This document shows, in pieces, positions 10,950-23,316 of a stretch of 64,000 nt of DNA. This DNA comes from Podarcis filfolensis (lineage: Eukaryota): the NCBI GenBank assembly GCA_964270895.1, contig OZ185444.1; one strand, given 5' to 3'. The notes under the pieces are model-generated. The model was not told the DNA's origin. It saw nothing but the letters and a program-made list of their open reading frames with translations, and did no database searches. Both the position numbers and the translations under genes were made by a program. Position 1 is the stretch's first letter. The number at the start of each line of letters is the position of its first letter.

Positions 10950-11904
10950 GTGAGCCACGCCGGAGACTTCCAAGTACCGGCGGGATAGATGGGGTGGCCG
11001 TGGGGGTGGGTTGGGGGAGGCATTGCGGAGAGTGGGACGCATATCTTCCAAAGTCCGGCCCAAGGAGATGCGGAGAGAAGGGGGCGGTTGGGGTTTTGCA
11101 AGCGCAGATTGCCAATCTGAGCCGGTCCAAGTCCGGGGCTCACGTCCTCCTCTGCTTGCTAACTTCCTCGGAACACCTCTAGCAAGGCAAGGTAATGCTT
11201 CGTTGATTTTACCGCTAAGATCCCGGAGAATCCACTGCGGGAGGGCTCTGCGCCGCAGCTAGCGGAGAACTCCCCACCTTTGGACAGCCCCAAAGATTGG
11301 CATAGGGAGCCCTGAGTAATCTGGAGCCCTTCTGGCAGCAAGGCAGCACCCCACCCCCCACCCCCAGCTACGACCTCCCCTCCTTATCCATCTTTCCAAG
11401 GACTCGCATCCCTTGCTCTGCTTGTGTCTGCTTTTCAGGATGCATAACTTTTTAAAGATATTCCGTGGGTTTCAGTCATGCGGGGCTGCGGGTGTGGTGG
11501 CTGCAAAGGTCCAAACTTCGCCTGCAAGAGAGGCTTCCTCCCCGCTTTTTGAACATGCAAGCTGCCGTCCACGGTTCAGGACTGTGGGCAGGACAGGGTT
11601 AACTCAAGGGTCTCGATCCACCACCCACCCACCCCGGCTGCAGGATTTGGCAGCCCCACTGCTTAGATGTGAGGCAGGGATCTTCCCATTTCCCACTCGG
11701 ACAGCTCCCTCCTTGGAAGCACGCCTTCGGTCCCAAGTCAGGGTCTGGAGGCATGTGAGGTCACCGCCTTGCTGAAGCTAAGCAAGCCAGGGTCTGGCCA
11801 GTGCCTGGGTTGGAGGAGACTTCCTGGGAGCCACATCTACGCCGCTTTGGGTTCCCTTATGGAAGAAAGGTGAGGGTCTGAATAAAGGTCAGTGAAGATC
11901 ATTG

Positions 11905-12075
11905 GCCTGGGAAGAGCCATAGCTCAGTGGCTAGAGTGCCTGCCTTGATTGCAGAAGGTCCCAGGGTCGGTGCTTGCTCCGGCATCTCCAGGTAAATCTG
12001 GGCGAGATTCCTGTCTGTGCTGCCAGTCCGTGTAGACAATATTGAGCTCGAAGAACCAATGGTTTGACTCCGTGT
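11905..12075 (+). mobile_element. tRNA-derived SINE
   Basis: A-box-like CATAGCTCAGTGG, tRNA-like head GCAGAAGGTCCCAGG, squamate SINE body ending GTAAGGCAGCTT. Confidence 0.7.
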
Positions 12076-12144
12076 AAGGCAGCTTGCAATGACAGAACTG
12101 AACAGAGAAACCTTTAATTCGGCCCTGTCCACACACATACGCAG

Positions 12145-12260
12145 ACTAACGCCAAGGTTGCAGGTTCGATCCCTGTATGGGACAGCTGCATATCCCTGCA
12201 TTGCAGAGGGTTGGATTAGATGATCCTCAGGGACCCTTCCAACTCTGCAATCCATGATAC
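12145..12260 (+). mobile_element. tRNA-head/CR1-tail SINE
   Basis: B-box GGTTCGATCCC followed by CR1-like tail GGGTTGGATTAGATGATCC...CCTTCCAACTCT. Confidence 0.75.
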
Positions 12261-13705
12261 CCTCAAACATGTGGGCATGCAAAACCAGGATCACAAGGCA
12301 GAGACACCCCAGTTAGGCCAGATCCACCTTTCCCAGGTGTCTGTAGCTCTCCGAAGCTTAGCGCCTGCACAAGATATTTGCTTTGCCCAGCTATCTGTGT
12401 TCTAAGCAACTTCCAACCAACAGGACATTTCTGGCCTCGACCCGAATGGACATGCTACAACCCACCTCCCCCCCCCCAACCCTAAACCACTACGATGTCC
12501 TCTTTGCCTCCTTCTCCTTCTCCCTGCTCACGCGGCGACCTTGCCGAGAACGCCCAAGCCAAGGGCTGAGCTCGGAAGGAAACTCATCGCAGTAGCAGCC
12601 CAAAAACTCGAAGGGAAGGCGAGCTCGTCTGCAAATCGCTTTAGTCCTTGGCACTTCATTGCTCTCGCAAGTCTGGCTCCCGCGGGAAATACGGGCCAAT
12701 ATGAAGACCAGGCTGATTCCCCACCCCGCTCCTCTCTCCCTCTTTTTCATTCATTGATTCTCTCTTGATTTGCATGCAGCGGCGGACAAAGGCTGCTGCC
12801 CACATCAAAGGAGGCTGGCCTAATCAGGGCACTTCTTAGAGGTCACTGCGTTCGATTTCCCTAGCGCCTCCCCCGGATTTAGAGCCCTTGGCGAGACGGG
12901 TCTCGAAGTTTCATTTCAGAAGCGTTTAAGCTTCTGATGTCCTTTATTTGCAAGAGTGAGAAAAAGAAACACTGCGCTGTGCTACAGCAGTCTCTGGGTA
13001 ACTGCCCTAAATAATATGCATACCAAGGAATGATAAGGGGGGAAGACTTTGGAGAAAACCTTGATCTATCAGCACACCTGACTACGAGTTGTGGGGCTAT
13101 TTATTATCTCTATTCCACTTCCTCCTCCACCCCACTGCTTAGGTGTGCAGGGCAGGTGACAGACTCAAAATATGACTAGTGAAACAGCAGGCCTCTGTTG
13201 TCTTCCCTGGCAGCAGGGCTGCTACAGTGATGCTTAGGGGAGGGAGGTGTGTTTGAAATGTTGTGTCTTCCACCACCCCTTGCTCCCAGGTCATACCACA
13301 TTCAGAGCTACCCGAGTCACCCTTTTTCAAAAGCCTGTCTTTTCTGTCCTGTCTCTGCTTTTCTGTCTGTGCCTGTCTCATGGACAGCCAGCGAGGACCA
13401 GAAAAATGTCGGTCTTGGTTCCTGAAATGTGTGTGTTGGTTGTGGGTGAGGAGCTAGAATACCTCTGGGAGTCTCTTCCAAATAAAGTCAAAGTCACCCT
13501 TGGCTTATATTTAAGTTGTATCTCTCACCCACCACCCAGCCCATGATGTCCAATTGCTTCAAACCATTTGGGAAACATAGGACAGAAATGCTATAATAAA
13601 ATCAATAATTTCCACCACTCTCGGCCACAAAAGTGACTAGCCCACAAATATTTCTTCTAGGTTCCCAGCTCACACAGACCTCTGTTAGACATTTGTGGCA
13701 CATCA

Positions 13706-13835
13706 AGCATGAAACTCTTAATCTCAGGGCTGCGGGGTCGAGCCCCAACTGGGCAAAAATATTCCAGCATTGCAGGAGGTTGGACTAGATGACCCTCAGA
13801 GTCCATTTCAACTTTACAGTTCTATTATTTTCTCA
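13706..13835 (+). mobile_element. tRNA-Lys-derived SINE with CR1 tail
   Basis: GCATGAAACTCTTAATCTCAGGG resembles the tRNA-Lys(CUU) anticodon arm; followed by GGTTGGACTAGATGACC; sister copy at about 26859-26989. Confidence 0.75.
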
Positions 13836-14642
13836 ACAGCCCCAAGGGGGATGGGTGTGGGGCAGAAACTAGTTACCTTCCAGATTACCATAGTCATTCT
13901 GGTGCAGTTTCCCAGTTATGTCCATGGTGTTAGACAATGCAGCAACTTTGCTAAAGCTTAGAAGCTCTGGTTCTATTCACTATTTGGATAGAACACTACT
14001 TGGGACTCTCAAGGATCCTGCTATTGAGCTCCATAACTGAAGAAAGGAGACATATCTGTTGTAATCCTCTCTGATACTTAGTTGCTCCTCCGTCAACAGG
14101 GAGAGAAGGGAATCTATGCATATGAATTCTCTGGTGCTTTGCAAGCTCCAACAACAAATTGCAGGCACTTTGCAAGGCCTGACAATCAACTGATTTTCAC
14201 CAGAGGCCAAAATGGATCACCTGATGTCATTGTGACATTGGGTGAATGACAGGTGAGCAGAGCTGCCCACTTGTCAAACTAGGCCCACAGGGTGGGAGAG
14301 ACAAGGAGCTGGCCTTTCAAACAGATCTATTTCCTGCTCCGATATAGATAATAATTTTCTCTGTACTTAGCTGCCTGCCACAGAATGTGTGAACTGACTC
14401 CACTGGAAAGCACTGCGTTTGAAATGATTTGTGGTGCCAGACCTACGGTGGCCCATTCGCACATGCAAGCATCCACTGGTGTTGTTGCTGTCACTACCAA
14501 TGAGCAGGCATGAATTAACCAACCCCATGCCATCTGAAAAGTGAAAGATGAATGGGCCTGTTTACAGAGTTAAGGTTGCTAAAGTGCCTTGTCAGCCACT
14601 CTAAAACTGAGGTGCCCTCTTCAATTCTCCATCTTCCTGCAG

Positions 14643-14775
14643 CTGCCGATTCTTTTAACTACAAGAAGTTCATTCAGCTGGTGGGATTGAAAGCTAAGAG
14701 CAAAGAAGATGTGAAGAAATGTTTCCACATTCTGGACAAAGATAAAAGCGGTTACATTGAGGAGGATGAACTAAA
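14643..14775 (+). CDS. PVALB: Parvalbumin alpha, coding exon 2 (AB domain and CD EF-hand [12 protein letters not shown]), 133 nt
   Basis: Acceptor cttcctgcag|CT, donor CTAAA|gtaagg; phase fits both neighbouring exons. Confidence 0.98.
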
Positions 14776-15204
14776 GTAAGGAAAGATTCCTCTCATATAC
14801 CAACTAAAATATGGGTTGTAGAAATAATGTGCAGCATGGACTGGTCTTAAACATTTCAGCATCTGGTCATATCAATATATGCATAGAAGATGTTAAGCTA
14901 CCAGCCATCATATGACTAATATCAGCCAACAGAAAAGACAATATCCACATGCCCCATACCTAAACATTAATTGATCTTTTTGCTCCCCACCCTCAAAATA
15001 TTTTATTTACACTTATTTATACAAGGAGAAGCAATCAACAATCAACCATCACACCCACCCCCAGCAGAAGCACCAAATGTCTGTTTAATTCCATTTAGCT
15101 TTTAAGTCATTTCAGTTTTTAATCAAAGGTAACATTCCACAGGTTGCCATGTATCCTTGGAAGCCTATAACAATGTTCTATTGATGTTGCATATGTAATA
15201 AAAC

Positions 15205-15309
15205 AGTTTGACCAAGCTGTGGGAGGCGGTGGAGGACAGGGGTGCCTGGCGTGCTCTGGTCCATGGGGTCACAAAGAGTCGGACATGACTAAATGACTAA
15301 ACAACAACA
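15205..15309 (+). mobile_element. BovB 3'-terminal fragment in PVALB intron
   Basis: Matches the end of the 26345-26750 copy; 12-bp TSD ATGTAATAAAAC at 15193-15204 and 15310-15321. Confidence 0.9.
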
Positions 15310-15564
15310 ATGTAATAAAACTATGCCGGGTTAATCAGAAAGTAGTAGTTTTCTTTTCTGTTCAACTCTCTTGGACAAGGGTTGTCAGTTTCTCCAGTAA
15401 TATTACCGGTAAGTCCCAGAGTTGTGAGATCCAGAACTCAAATGCAGTAAGTCTGCATTTAGTGTCTTCCAATACCTTGCAATAGTAAGCCAAACTTCAG
15501 TCATCAGGTGAGTAATGAGATCCTTGTGGGAAAGTTGTGGAACAGTTTCTGAATAGTTGTTTGT

Positions 15565-15960
15565 TTATATTTGTATACTGTCCTTCATCCAAAGATCTCA
15601 GGGCGGTTCACAGGAATAAAACCATAAAGTGCATAATAAAAACAAGAACAAGAACAAAACAAGCCAATAGCGCGCACGCACGAAAAACACACACATTTAA
15701 ATGATGTAGGATGTTAATCAGCCAAAGGCCTTGCTGAAAAGGGACATTTTTGTGTAGCACCTAAAGGTGTATAATGAAGGTGCCAGACAAACCTTGCAGA
15801 GAGCATTCCACAATTGGGAAGCCACTGCAGAAAACTCATGTTCCTCTTGTGAAGGAGGCACATGAAGAAGGGCCTCTGATGATGATCTCAGGGTCTGGGG
15901 TGGTTTATATGGGGAGAGGCAATCCTTTAGGTATTGCAAGTGGTTCTGAGCTGTTTAAGT
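15565..15960 (-). mobile_element. L2 LINE 3' fragment
   Basis: YLKDCLSPY...LRSSSEALLHVPP...QLWNAL...KMSLFSKAF plus tail; related L2 tails at about 25990-26135 and 54085-54225. Confidence 0.8.
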
Positions 15961-16223
15961 GCCATTTTAGGACCCAAAGGGATATCTTGTTTTGTGATAA
16001 GGCCTGCTTTATGAAAAATAGTTGTCATTTGTCCAACCAGGATAAGCTAAGTTTATTCAATGTTCTTGACTGGTGAAATACAACTAATGCAGATCCAAGA
16101 GCTCAACCAAGAGTAAGAGCCAGTGATTTTAAATTCAGTTCTGTAGCCAGACATGGGGGAAGAAAGGCTAAGGTTACATCCTAAGTCATCCTAAGGGCTC
16201 TCATCCTAAGGGTAATCCTAAAT

Positions 16224-16361
16224 CAGGTGTGGGGAACCTTTGCCCCTCAAGATGTTGCTGAACTACAACTCCCATCATCCCTAGCCATTGACCATGCTTG
16301 CTGGGGCTGATAGGAGTTGTAGTTCAGGAACGTCTGGAGGGCCAAAGGTTCTCCATTCAAG
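16224..16361. mobile_element. Older hAT-type fold-back MITE
   Basis: ACTACAACTCCCATCA...GGAGTTGTAGT arms; degenerate TSD TCCTAAAT/TCCTATGT. Related relics at about 3617-3742, 21380-21495 and 47740-47850. Confidence 0.7.
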
Positions 16362-16371
16362 TCCTATGTCA

Positions 16372-16730
16372 AAGAATCATATACTTGGAGGAATCTTGTA
16401 GGCCATCTTGCCCAACCATCTTGAGGCTGGAAATCCAAAGCAAGAGCATCTCCAGGAGTTGGATGTCCAGCTTCTGCATGAAGACCTCTGGGGAGGGAGA
16501 CTCCCACCCCCAGTATTTAGTTTCAACATCAAACTGTTCTTGCTTTTTAGAAGTTTTTCTTAATGATCAACCAAAATCTACCCTCATCTCACAGAAGCCC
16601 ATTAGGTATGCCCTGCCCTCCAGGGTACTGGAAAACAAGTCTTTGTTCTCTACAGTGGGACAATTCTTCAGGTATTGGAAGAGTGTCATCATGTCTCGCC
16701 TCTCAGTCTTTTCTTCTCCAGCCTAAATTT
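16372..16730 (-). mobile_element. CR1 LINE 3' fragment
   Basis: Reverse complement of a CR1 3' region (AGAATCATA...CCCAACC...CTCAGTCTTTTCTTCTCCAGCCTAAA). Confidence 0.75.
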
Positions 16731-18433
16731 AGCCTATTTAGAAGTAAGTCCATTGAGTTAAATCAGGCTTACTGTTTAGGACTGCAGCCTAAAGGTATAT
16801 CATTTATTTAAACATTTTAATAACATTTCATGTTAATAGAAAAAAATTAAAAAGTCAGTGTCAAGTGCTGATTGGGTTGGAGTTGTTTGCCTTCTTACTG
16901 GATCAAATATTGCCTGCATGTTATTTTCCCTTATATCTTTGCAAGCAAGAAGGCTTTAGCCTTTTTATTTTTTAGATGAAAGATGAAAATTCAAGGAAGG
17001 GGATCTGGATTATCCCCTGAGGGGGTCTTGCAGCCCTTGCCCCCACCCAGCTACAGCCCTGCTTGCAGGGGCTGAGCTCATGAAGTAAGCACTTAAAAAG
17101 AAGAGTATTCTCAAAAGAGAACGGATGGAAGGAATCTGTAACGTGGCTTGAAATAACTGCTGAAGCATCTGAAATAGAGCTTTCCCTTGTGAGGCTCTCT
17201 TCCACCTGAAGCAGCCTCATGTGACAATTTCCTCTCTTTCAGCGACATTAGGAAGGTCACCCTCACAAGGCAGGGCAGGGCCAACTGTTCCTCTCCATGT
17301 TAGCCTGTTGTGCTTGAGCTCAGTAACGGACAGAATGAGAGCAAATCAACTCAATCCAGGCAAGGCAAAGGCAGAGGTAGAGGTGTTGATGGTGGTTCTT
17401 GGGGGAAATGCTGCTTTGTGAAAAAGGTCGCACCCCTCCTTAAGTTTGCAAATTAAGGGGCGCTCTTAGCTTCAGACGTCCAGGTGACAACTCTAGCCAT
17501 GAGCGTGTTCCCTCACCTGTGGTTGATCTGCCAGCTGTACCCTTTCCTGGAGACCAGGGACTTAGCCATTGTTATGCATGTTATAGTAAACCACTCAGCT
17601 TGACTATAGGAACATGCCTTCCATGAGGCTCTTCTTGAAGACAATTTGGAAACATCAGGTGGTCCAGAAGGAGGCAGTGTGACCTTTACATGGTACTATC
17701 CACGGGGGGGGGGGGGGCATGGTGTAACACTGATCCTCTGAAAGCTCCACTAGTTCCTTGTCCAGGAGTAGCCAGTTGTTGTGGGACAACAACACTCATC
17801 ATCCCCACCTAGGGTAGCCAATGGACAGGGGTTATGAGAGTTGTACTCTGACATCTGGAAGGCACCACATTGGCTACCTTTATACTAGTCTGCTTCTGGG
17901 CTAAAATCAAGCACTAGTTTTGACCTTGAAAGCCCTTTGAAACTTAGGAAGCACCTTGTCCCATATACAACACACACCCCTATAAATTGAGATGTTGCTC
18001 CAGATGCCACCATCATCTGAAGTGATGCCACCTGTGGCCAGAAATTGGTATTTTGTTTTATTTTTATGATTATGCCTGAAGTATGGTATTCCTTCACCAA
18101 ATAGACCTGCAGTACAAACCCCAAGGCCTTTCAGTATCTGGTGGATGTGCATTTGCTCTACCTGACCCTTACATATGGCTTAATTCCTGTTCTACCATTT
18201 TTAGTGCTGCCCTACTTTTTTATTGTGAAATGTTTTAAAAACGGAACAAGATTATGTTTGATTGTGTTTTTATTCTGTGCTTTGAACCACTTTGGAGCAC
18301 CTTTCAGAGGAAAAGCTGTCTGTACATTTAGATAGCAAATATGTGCTACACGCATGAAATTTAAAAACTGGGTAACTCAAGAGTTCTCATGAATTAGCTT
18401 CCTCTCCCCCTCCCCCATTCTTCTCATTGATAG

Positions 18434-18543
18434 GTTTGTATTGAAGGGCTTTACCCCTGATGCCAGGGACCTGACTGATAAAGAAACCAAGGAATTCTTG
18501 GCCGCTGGAGATAAGGATGGAGATGGCAAAATCGGTGTTGATG
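18434..18543 (+). CDS. PVALB: Parvalbumin alpha, coding exon 3 ([36 protein letters not shown]), 110 nt
   Basis: Acceptor ttgatag|G, donor GATG|gtaggt; encodes the EF-site loop [12 protein letters not shown]. Confidence 0.98.
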
Positions 18544-18794
18544 GTAGGTGCTTTGCCCTGGAGAGTTCAAGTGTAACACCAGCGGGTCAGAAATAATACC
18601 AAGAACAACCATGCATTGAAAAGGAATGATTTTCAAAATGCATGCTGGAACACAAGAAACAATACACAAGAAAGATGTTAATTCAGTAATTTGATACTCC
18701 TGTTGCCCCAAGACATCTAGTTTCCAAGGTGGTTGTCCACTGCATCTCTGCCATCTCCTTCCAAGCAGTCATTCCGCCACATCATTGCACTGGA

Positions 18795-19375
18795 AGTTCT
18801 TCTTCTTTAGCGATCACTCTTAGCCAAGTAAGATTGTCTTCCATAAACACGGTTTAAACAGTGTGGAGGCCAATTCTGGTTCCACATGTCCTTCCACAGT
18901 GGGGACATTGGTTTCTGGGTGGGAGTTGATCACGGTGTGGATTTGCCAAGCGTGCCTTCCTCTTAGCACGTTTCTCCCTTGCGTCCTGAGTTTGAGCGTC
19001 TTCCAAGCACATGACACCTTTGGTAAAGGCTGTTCTCCAACTGGAGCGCTCATGGGCCAGTGTTTCCTAGTTGTCAATGTTTATACTACATTTTTAAAAT
19101 TTGCCTTGAGACAGTCTTTAAACCTATTTTGTTGACCACCAGCATTGCGCTTTCCATTTCTAAGTTCGGAATAGAGTAGTTGCTTTGGAAGGCGATCATC
19201 AGGCATCCGCACAACATGACCAGTCCAACGAAGATGATGTTGAAGAATCATTGCTTCAACACTGGTGATCTTTGCTTCTTCCAGTACACTGATGTTAGTT
19301 CGCCTGTCTTCCCAAGTGCAATCATTTCCACTGCAAAGGTGCAGCAGGACACTCACCTCTCTTTGCAGAAGGCTG
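18795..19375 (-). mobile_element. RTE-clade LINE 3' fragment (non-BovB family) in PVALB intron
   Basis: HHLRWTGHVVRMPDDRLPKQLLYSELRNGKRNAGGQQNRFKDCLK and a downstream CPHCGRTC zinc-finger remnant. Confidence 0.88.
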
Positions 19376-21657
19376 CCCACTGTATTGCTGCAAGAGTCGT
19401 GGCTTTGGGTACACATCCTTTGGGGCAGAACAGTCAGTCATGAGTCTCCAGGGTATAAGGGTGAGGTGTATCTCCATTTTGAATCCAGAACAAAAGTGGG
19501 GTACAGTTATCAGAAGGTGACAAATGCTAGTCTAAAGTGATGGGACTTGGGTGAAAAGGCAGGCTTCAGGGAAAAAGCACAGCTGACTTCAGACATGAGG
19601 GGAACCTTGACAAAGCACTGTGTGATGGGCCTCCTCCTAGCCCAACAAGTCCTGACAAGCTTACTTGGCAATGGCAGCAGAATCATGTCTTAGCCACCAT
19701 TTTAATTTCCTACAATGCCCGAGTGTCTGCTTTGGATCTCTCCTCTCTCTCAAGAACTCTGTCACATGTTTAGCATAATCTGGCTTAGAATGCAGTTTCA
19801 GTTTAAGCAAATCCTTCATTATTTGTTTGCAAATCCATATGAAACTTCCAGACTCTCATGAATCTGGGCTGCGGTATCACTCTCCTTATCATGCACCATC
19901 TGGGCATCTGAAATACTGCTTAAAGTTGTGGTCTTTGCTTGCTGATTCTGCCTGTCAGGGCACAAGAGAAGTGACCTCACAGAGTTCTCTCTAGCAAGTT
20001 TACAGGAAAGCTCTGTGAGCCTCAGCCCTTTCATGTGCCTATCTGGCAATACATGTATTGTTGTTTTGACTGCATAAAATATCCCACAGAGCACTGCTAC
20101 ATTGTGGGCGTTGGAGGAAACTAAAAATGTGGCTCCTAGACCAAGTCAGGCAGCCCAGGGCAGGTGTCAGCGCCAGTGGGTCCTAGCAGCTGCCAAAGGG
20201 TCTGAGCAAAGAGCTAATGCCAGTTCACATGCAGTTGGCAATTTAGCATCATTGCCACCTTTGCTACCCACAGCTGAGGGTGAAGAATGTGAAGTAAAGC
20301 AAAGGGACATGGCTTTAGATTCCTGCTGTTGATTAAACTGCCAGGACAGCATGTAGGTATATGTGTTAGGTATATGCATACATTGCAAAAAAGACACCTT
20401 CCTCCACCCTTCTGGCTCTACTGTGACCATGTTTGTATTCTTGTGCCACCACCTCTTTCCATGAAGCATACCAGGGGAAATGCATGATTCATAAATCTAG
20501 GTCATATTGGTGTACTAGAAACAGGAGTTGGCATGTGTCCCAGAGCCAGCACTTCAGTTGTGTCTTTGGCCATAGGAACAGAGAGAGACATGTCATGTGC
20601 TGATCTGGCAGTCTTCCATGGCCATTAAGAGGCAAAAACGAGTCCAAGAAGGAGATGGCGATCTACTAAGGTGGCCCTTCCAAACAGATCTCTAAGCAAG
20701 CCAATAAAAGTCAGTCTAGATGGGCCTCTCGATTTGCATAGTGACTAGGAAATGGGGGTGTCAATATTGTTAGGAGCTATGGTCTCTAACCTTTTCCTGG
20801 TTGCTTTGAATTGGGTGGTGTGTGTGGGAACACATCTGCCCTAAGATTCCACAGAGGTAAGGAGAACAGCTGAGAAACCAAGGAGAAAGTGAGGCACACA
20901 CAAAACCCACAGGAACATGCTGTGGAGATGCAGGCCCCCCGAAAAATTCAATCCTGTGGACTACAGGGTACTCCTTCAGAAGTGGCTTCCCTGCAGAGAA
21001 GGTACTTGTGAAGTACCACTCTGCAGGATTCAACCGACCTATTCTCAGCACAATGGTGGTGATGGGGAGAGGCTGCACCTCCTTCCCCACCCTGCTCCTT
21101 GCCTGACCATATGTTTAATTGTGAACCCTAATTAAACATTAGCCCAGCCCTCAGGTCGATGCAGACTGAGGCTCCCCCAGGTCAGCCCAGCTTGCAGGGT
21201 GGGAGCTGTGTACAGACCTAACAATTCCAAATCTCTTGCATCCCATCCTGGCAACTTAACTGGGGGTGGGACTAGATAATCCTTTTGGTCAACTCTACAA
21301 TTCTATGAATTGTCAGGAAACGACAAAGTGAAATAAGTGCTTTTTGACTGAGTAAAGAGAAATAAAACCTACCACCTCCAGATGCTTTGGACTACAACTC
21401 CCATCAGCTCTAGGCCCCACAACTATGCTGACTGGGGCTGATCATGGGAGTTTTAGTCCAAAACATTGGAGAGGGGATCAGTTTGGTGCAGACTGCCTTA
21501 AAACATTTACTCCCTTATTGTGCTCCTCACACCAGTGAAATTGGTGCTTTGACAACTGGATCTCAGAAGACATGAGCAACGAGGCTGGTCCTTTTCATCA
21601 CAGCCCTCGTAGGGTTCAGACTTGACTGTCTCCTCTTCCTCTCTCTTTTTCCTCCAG

Positions 21658-21686
21658 AATTCTCAACCTTGGTGGCTGAAGCATAA
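21658..21686 (+). CDS. PVALB: Parvalbumin alpha, last coding exon (EFSTLVAEA-stop), 29 nt
   Basis: Long pyrimidine tract plus cctccag|AA; TAA at 21684-21686; total CDS 61+133+110+29=333 nt = 110 aa plus stop. Confidence 0.97.
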
Positions 21687-21854
21687 AGGCATTGACCAAT
21701 CTCAACGCTTCATGCACCCTTCATTGCCTGATTCCAACTGTTTTTTGCTGACCTCCTTGGTTCCTCTTCTATTTATTTATGTTATTTTATACTCCAACTC
21801 TGTTCCTTGCAGCCCTGCAACTCTGTAAATTGTGCTGAAAGATGCTGTTAAAAT

Positions 21855-21860
21855 AATAAA
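21855..21860 (+). terminator. PVALB: PVALB polyadenylation signal
   Basis: AATAAA about 170 nt after the stop; AU-rich TATTTATTTAT in the 3' UTR. Confidence 0.7.
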
Positions 21861-23082
21861 GGTCACATCAATCTGGGCTCCATTTTCCTTGCCTTTCACA
21901 TGTGCTTCATTTTATTCCGACTTGAAAGGATGGAGGGAAGGCAAAGAAAAGAAGGATGAGGTTAGGGACATAATCCTCTTGGCTATCTGGATACCCCTTT
22001 GCCGAAGCAGCTCAGGCTGGTATAAGGTCAGCAGCAGTGAGGAAATTATTTCAGTAGGGATATGCCAATGGCAAATGATTTAATCTCATTTCACTTTGCG
22101 GCAAGACTGATTTCATACTCTCCCAGATACGTGCACTCATGCGCACGCGCACACTTAGCCTTGACAAATCTCTAGTGATAGCAATTACACAACTTCATTT
22201 GGCAGCTGATTCCTTTGATTTAACTGTTCTTGAAGCTGTAAAACATGTTTTAATGGCTTGCCTCGGATTTCCCCCCAAACATTTTTTAAAATGCTCAGTA
22301 AATCTTCCCCAATACATTCAGCACATTACATTTCCCAAATGCAGGGAGCCATATGAACAAAAAGGCCATACAGCTACATCAGTCTGTGTCAATCAAACTC
22401 AAATATCGTTTCACAAATGGCTGTAATGCAGCCATTTCTAGGATGGGAAACAGAGTGTGTCAACCAGTAGTACTAGTTAGTAGCTTAGGACAGGAAATAA
22501 AGTGACTCATGCTATGAAGAAATTTAGATGATTAGAAAAGAAATCACTTCACTGAGACCTCAGCAAAACTAGTAACACTCCTGCCCCATGAAAAAATAAT
22601 GTAGGGTTCTTTTTATCCTTGACAACAAGCAAGGTTTTGCTTTTAAATCTGATCCAATATAAAGGCTGTTTCTGAAGCTGAAAAGCAGCTTCTTCCTGGA
22701 TCCTTGCTACTGTTCTGCAGCAACGAAGCATAAGTGCTATTGTCAGAAACCTGGAAAAGGGAATTATTTTCTCCACTGCTTCCATTCTCCAGCACAAGGG
22801 CTCATAGCTCCTTGGTACAGTGGTACCTCAACACCGTCCCTGCAGAGGGCATTAAGATACACATTTGTATAATTTTTAAATTTGCCTTTATTCTGAAAAA
22901 ATACAATACAAAATTGCATATAAAATTGTGTGTAAAAGATCAATACATAACAGTATACTGACATTCTAAGAAAGCTCTCTCTCATTCCTTCAATTACTCA
23001 GTAATGAATGTAATATCTACAGCATCACTTAATCAATCCACTCTTGATGTAATGCACAACTGTGTTCAAACTATTTAATATA

Positions 23083-23316
23083 CAGGGGTACCTCGGGTTA
23101 CATACGCTTCAGGTTACATACGCTTCAGGTTACAGACTCCGCTAACCCAGAAATAGTACCTCGGGTTAAGAACTTTGCTTCAGGATGAGAACAGAAATCG
23201 TGCTCTGGCAGCGCAGAGGCAGCAGGAGGCCCCATTAGCTAAAGTGGTGCTTCAGGTTAAGAACAGTTTCAGGTTAAGAACGGACCTCCGGAACGAATTA
23301 ACCCGAGGTACCACTG
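23083..23316. mobile_element. Second copy of the same TA-flanked MITE
   Basis: Near-identical body, TIRs and TA TSD; a short TIR relic TACAGTGGTACCTC also occurs near 22817. Confidence 0.92.

Noticed and set aside
10242-11182. ORFs of 141-214 aa around the PVALB ATG exon
   Set aside because: Driven by (CA)n, (CTG)n and GC-rich sequence; only 10889-10949 is real coding sequence.
13706-13770. tRNA-Lys(CUU)-like sequence, also at about 26859
   Set aside because: No complete cloverleaf and fused to a CR1 tail, so SINE heads rather than tRNA genes.
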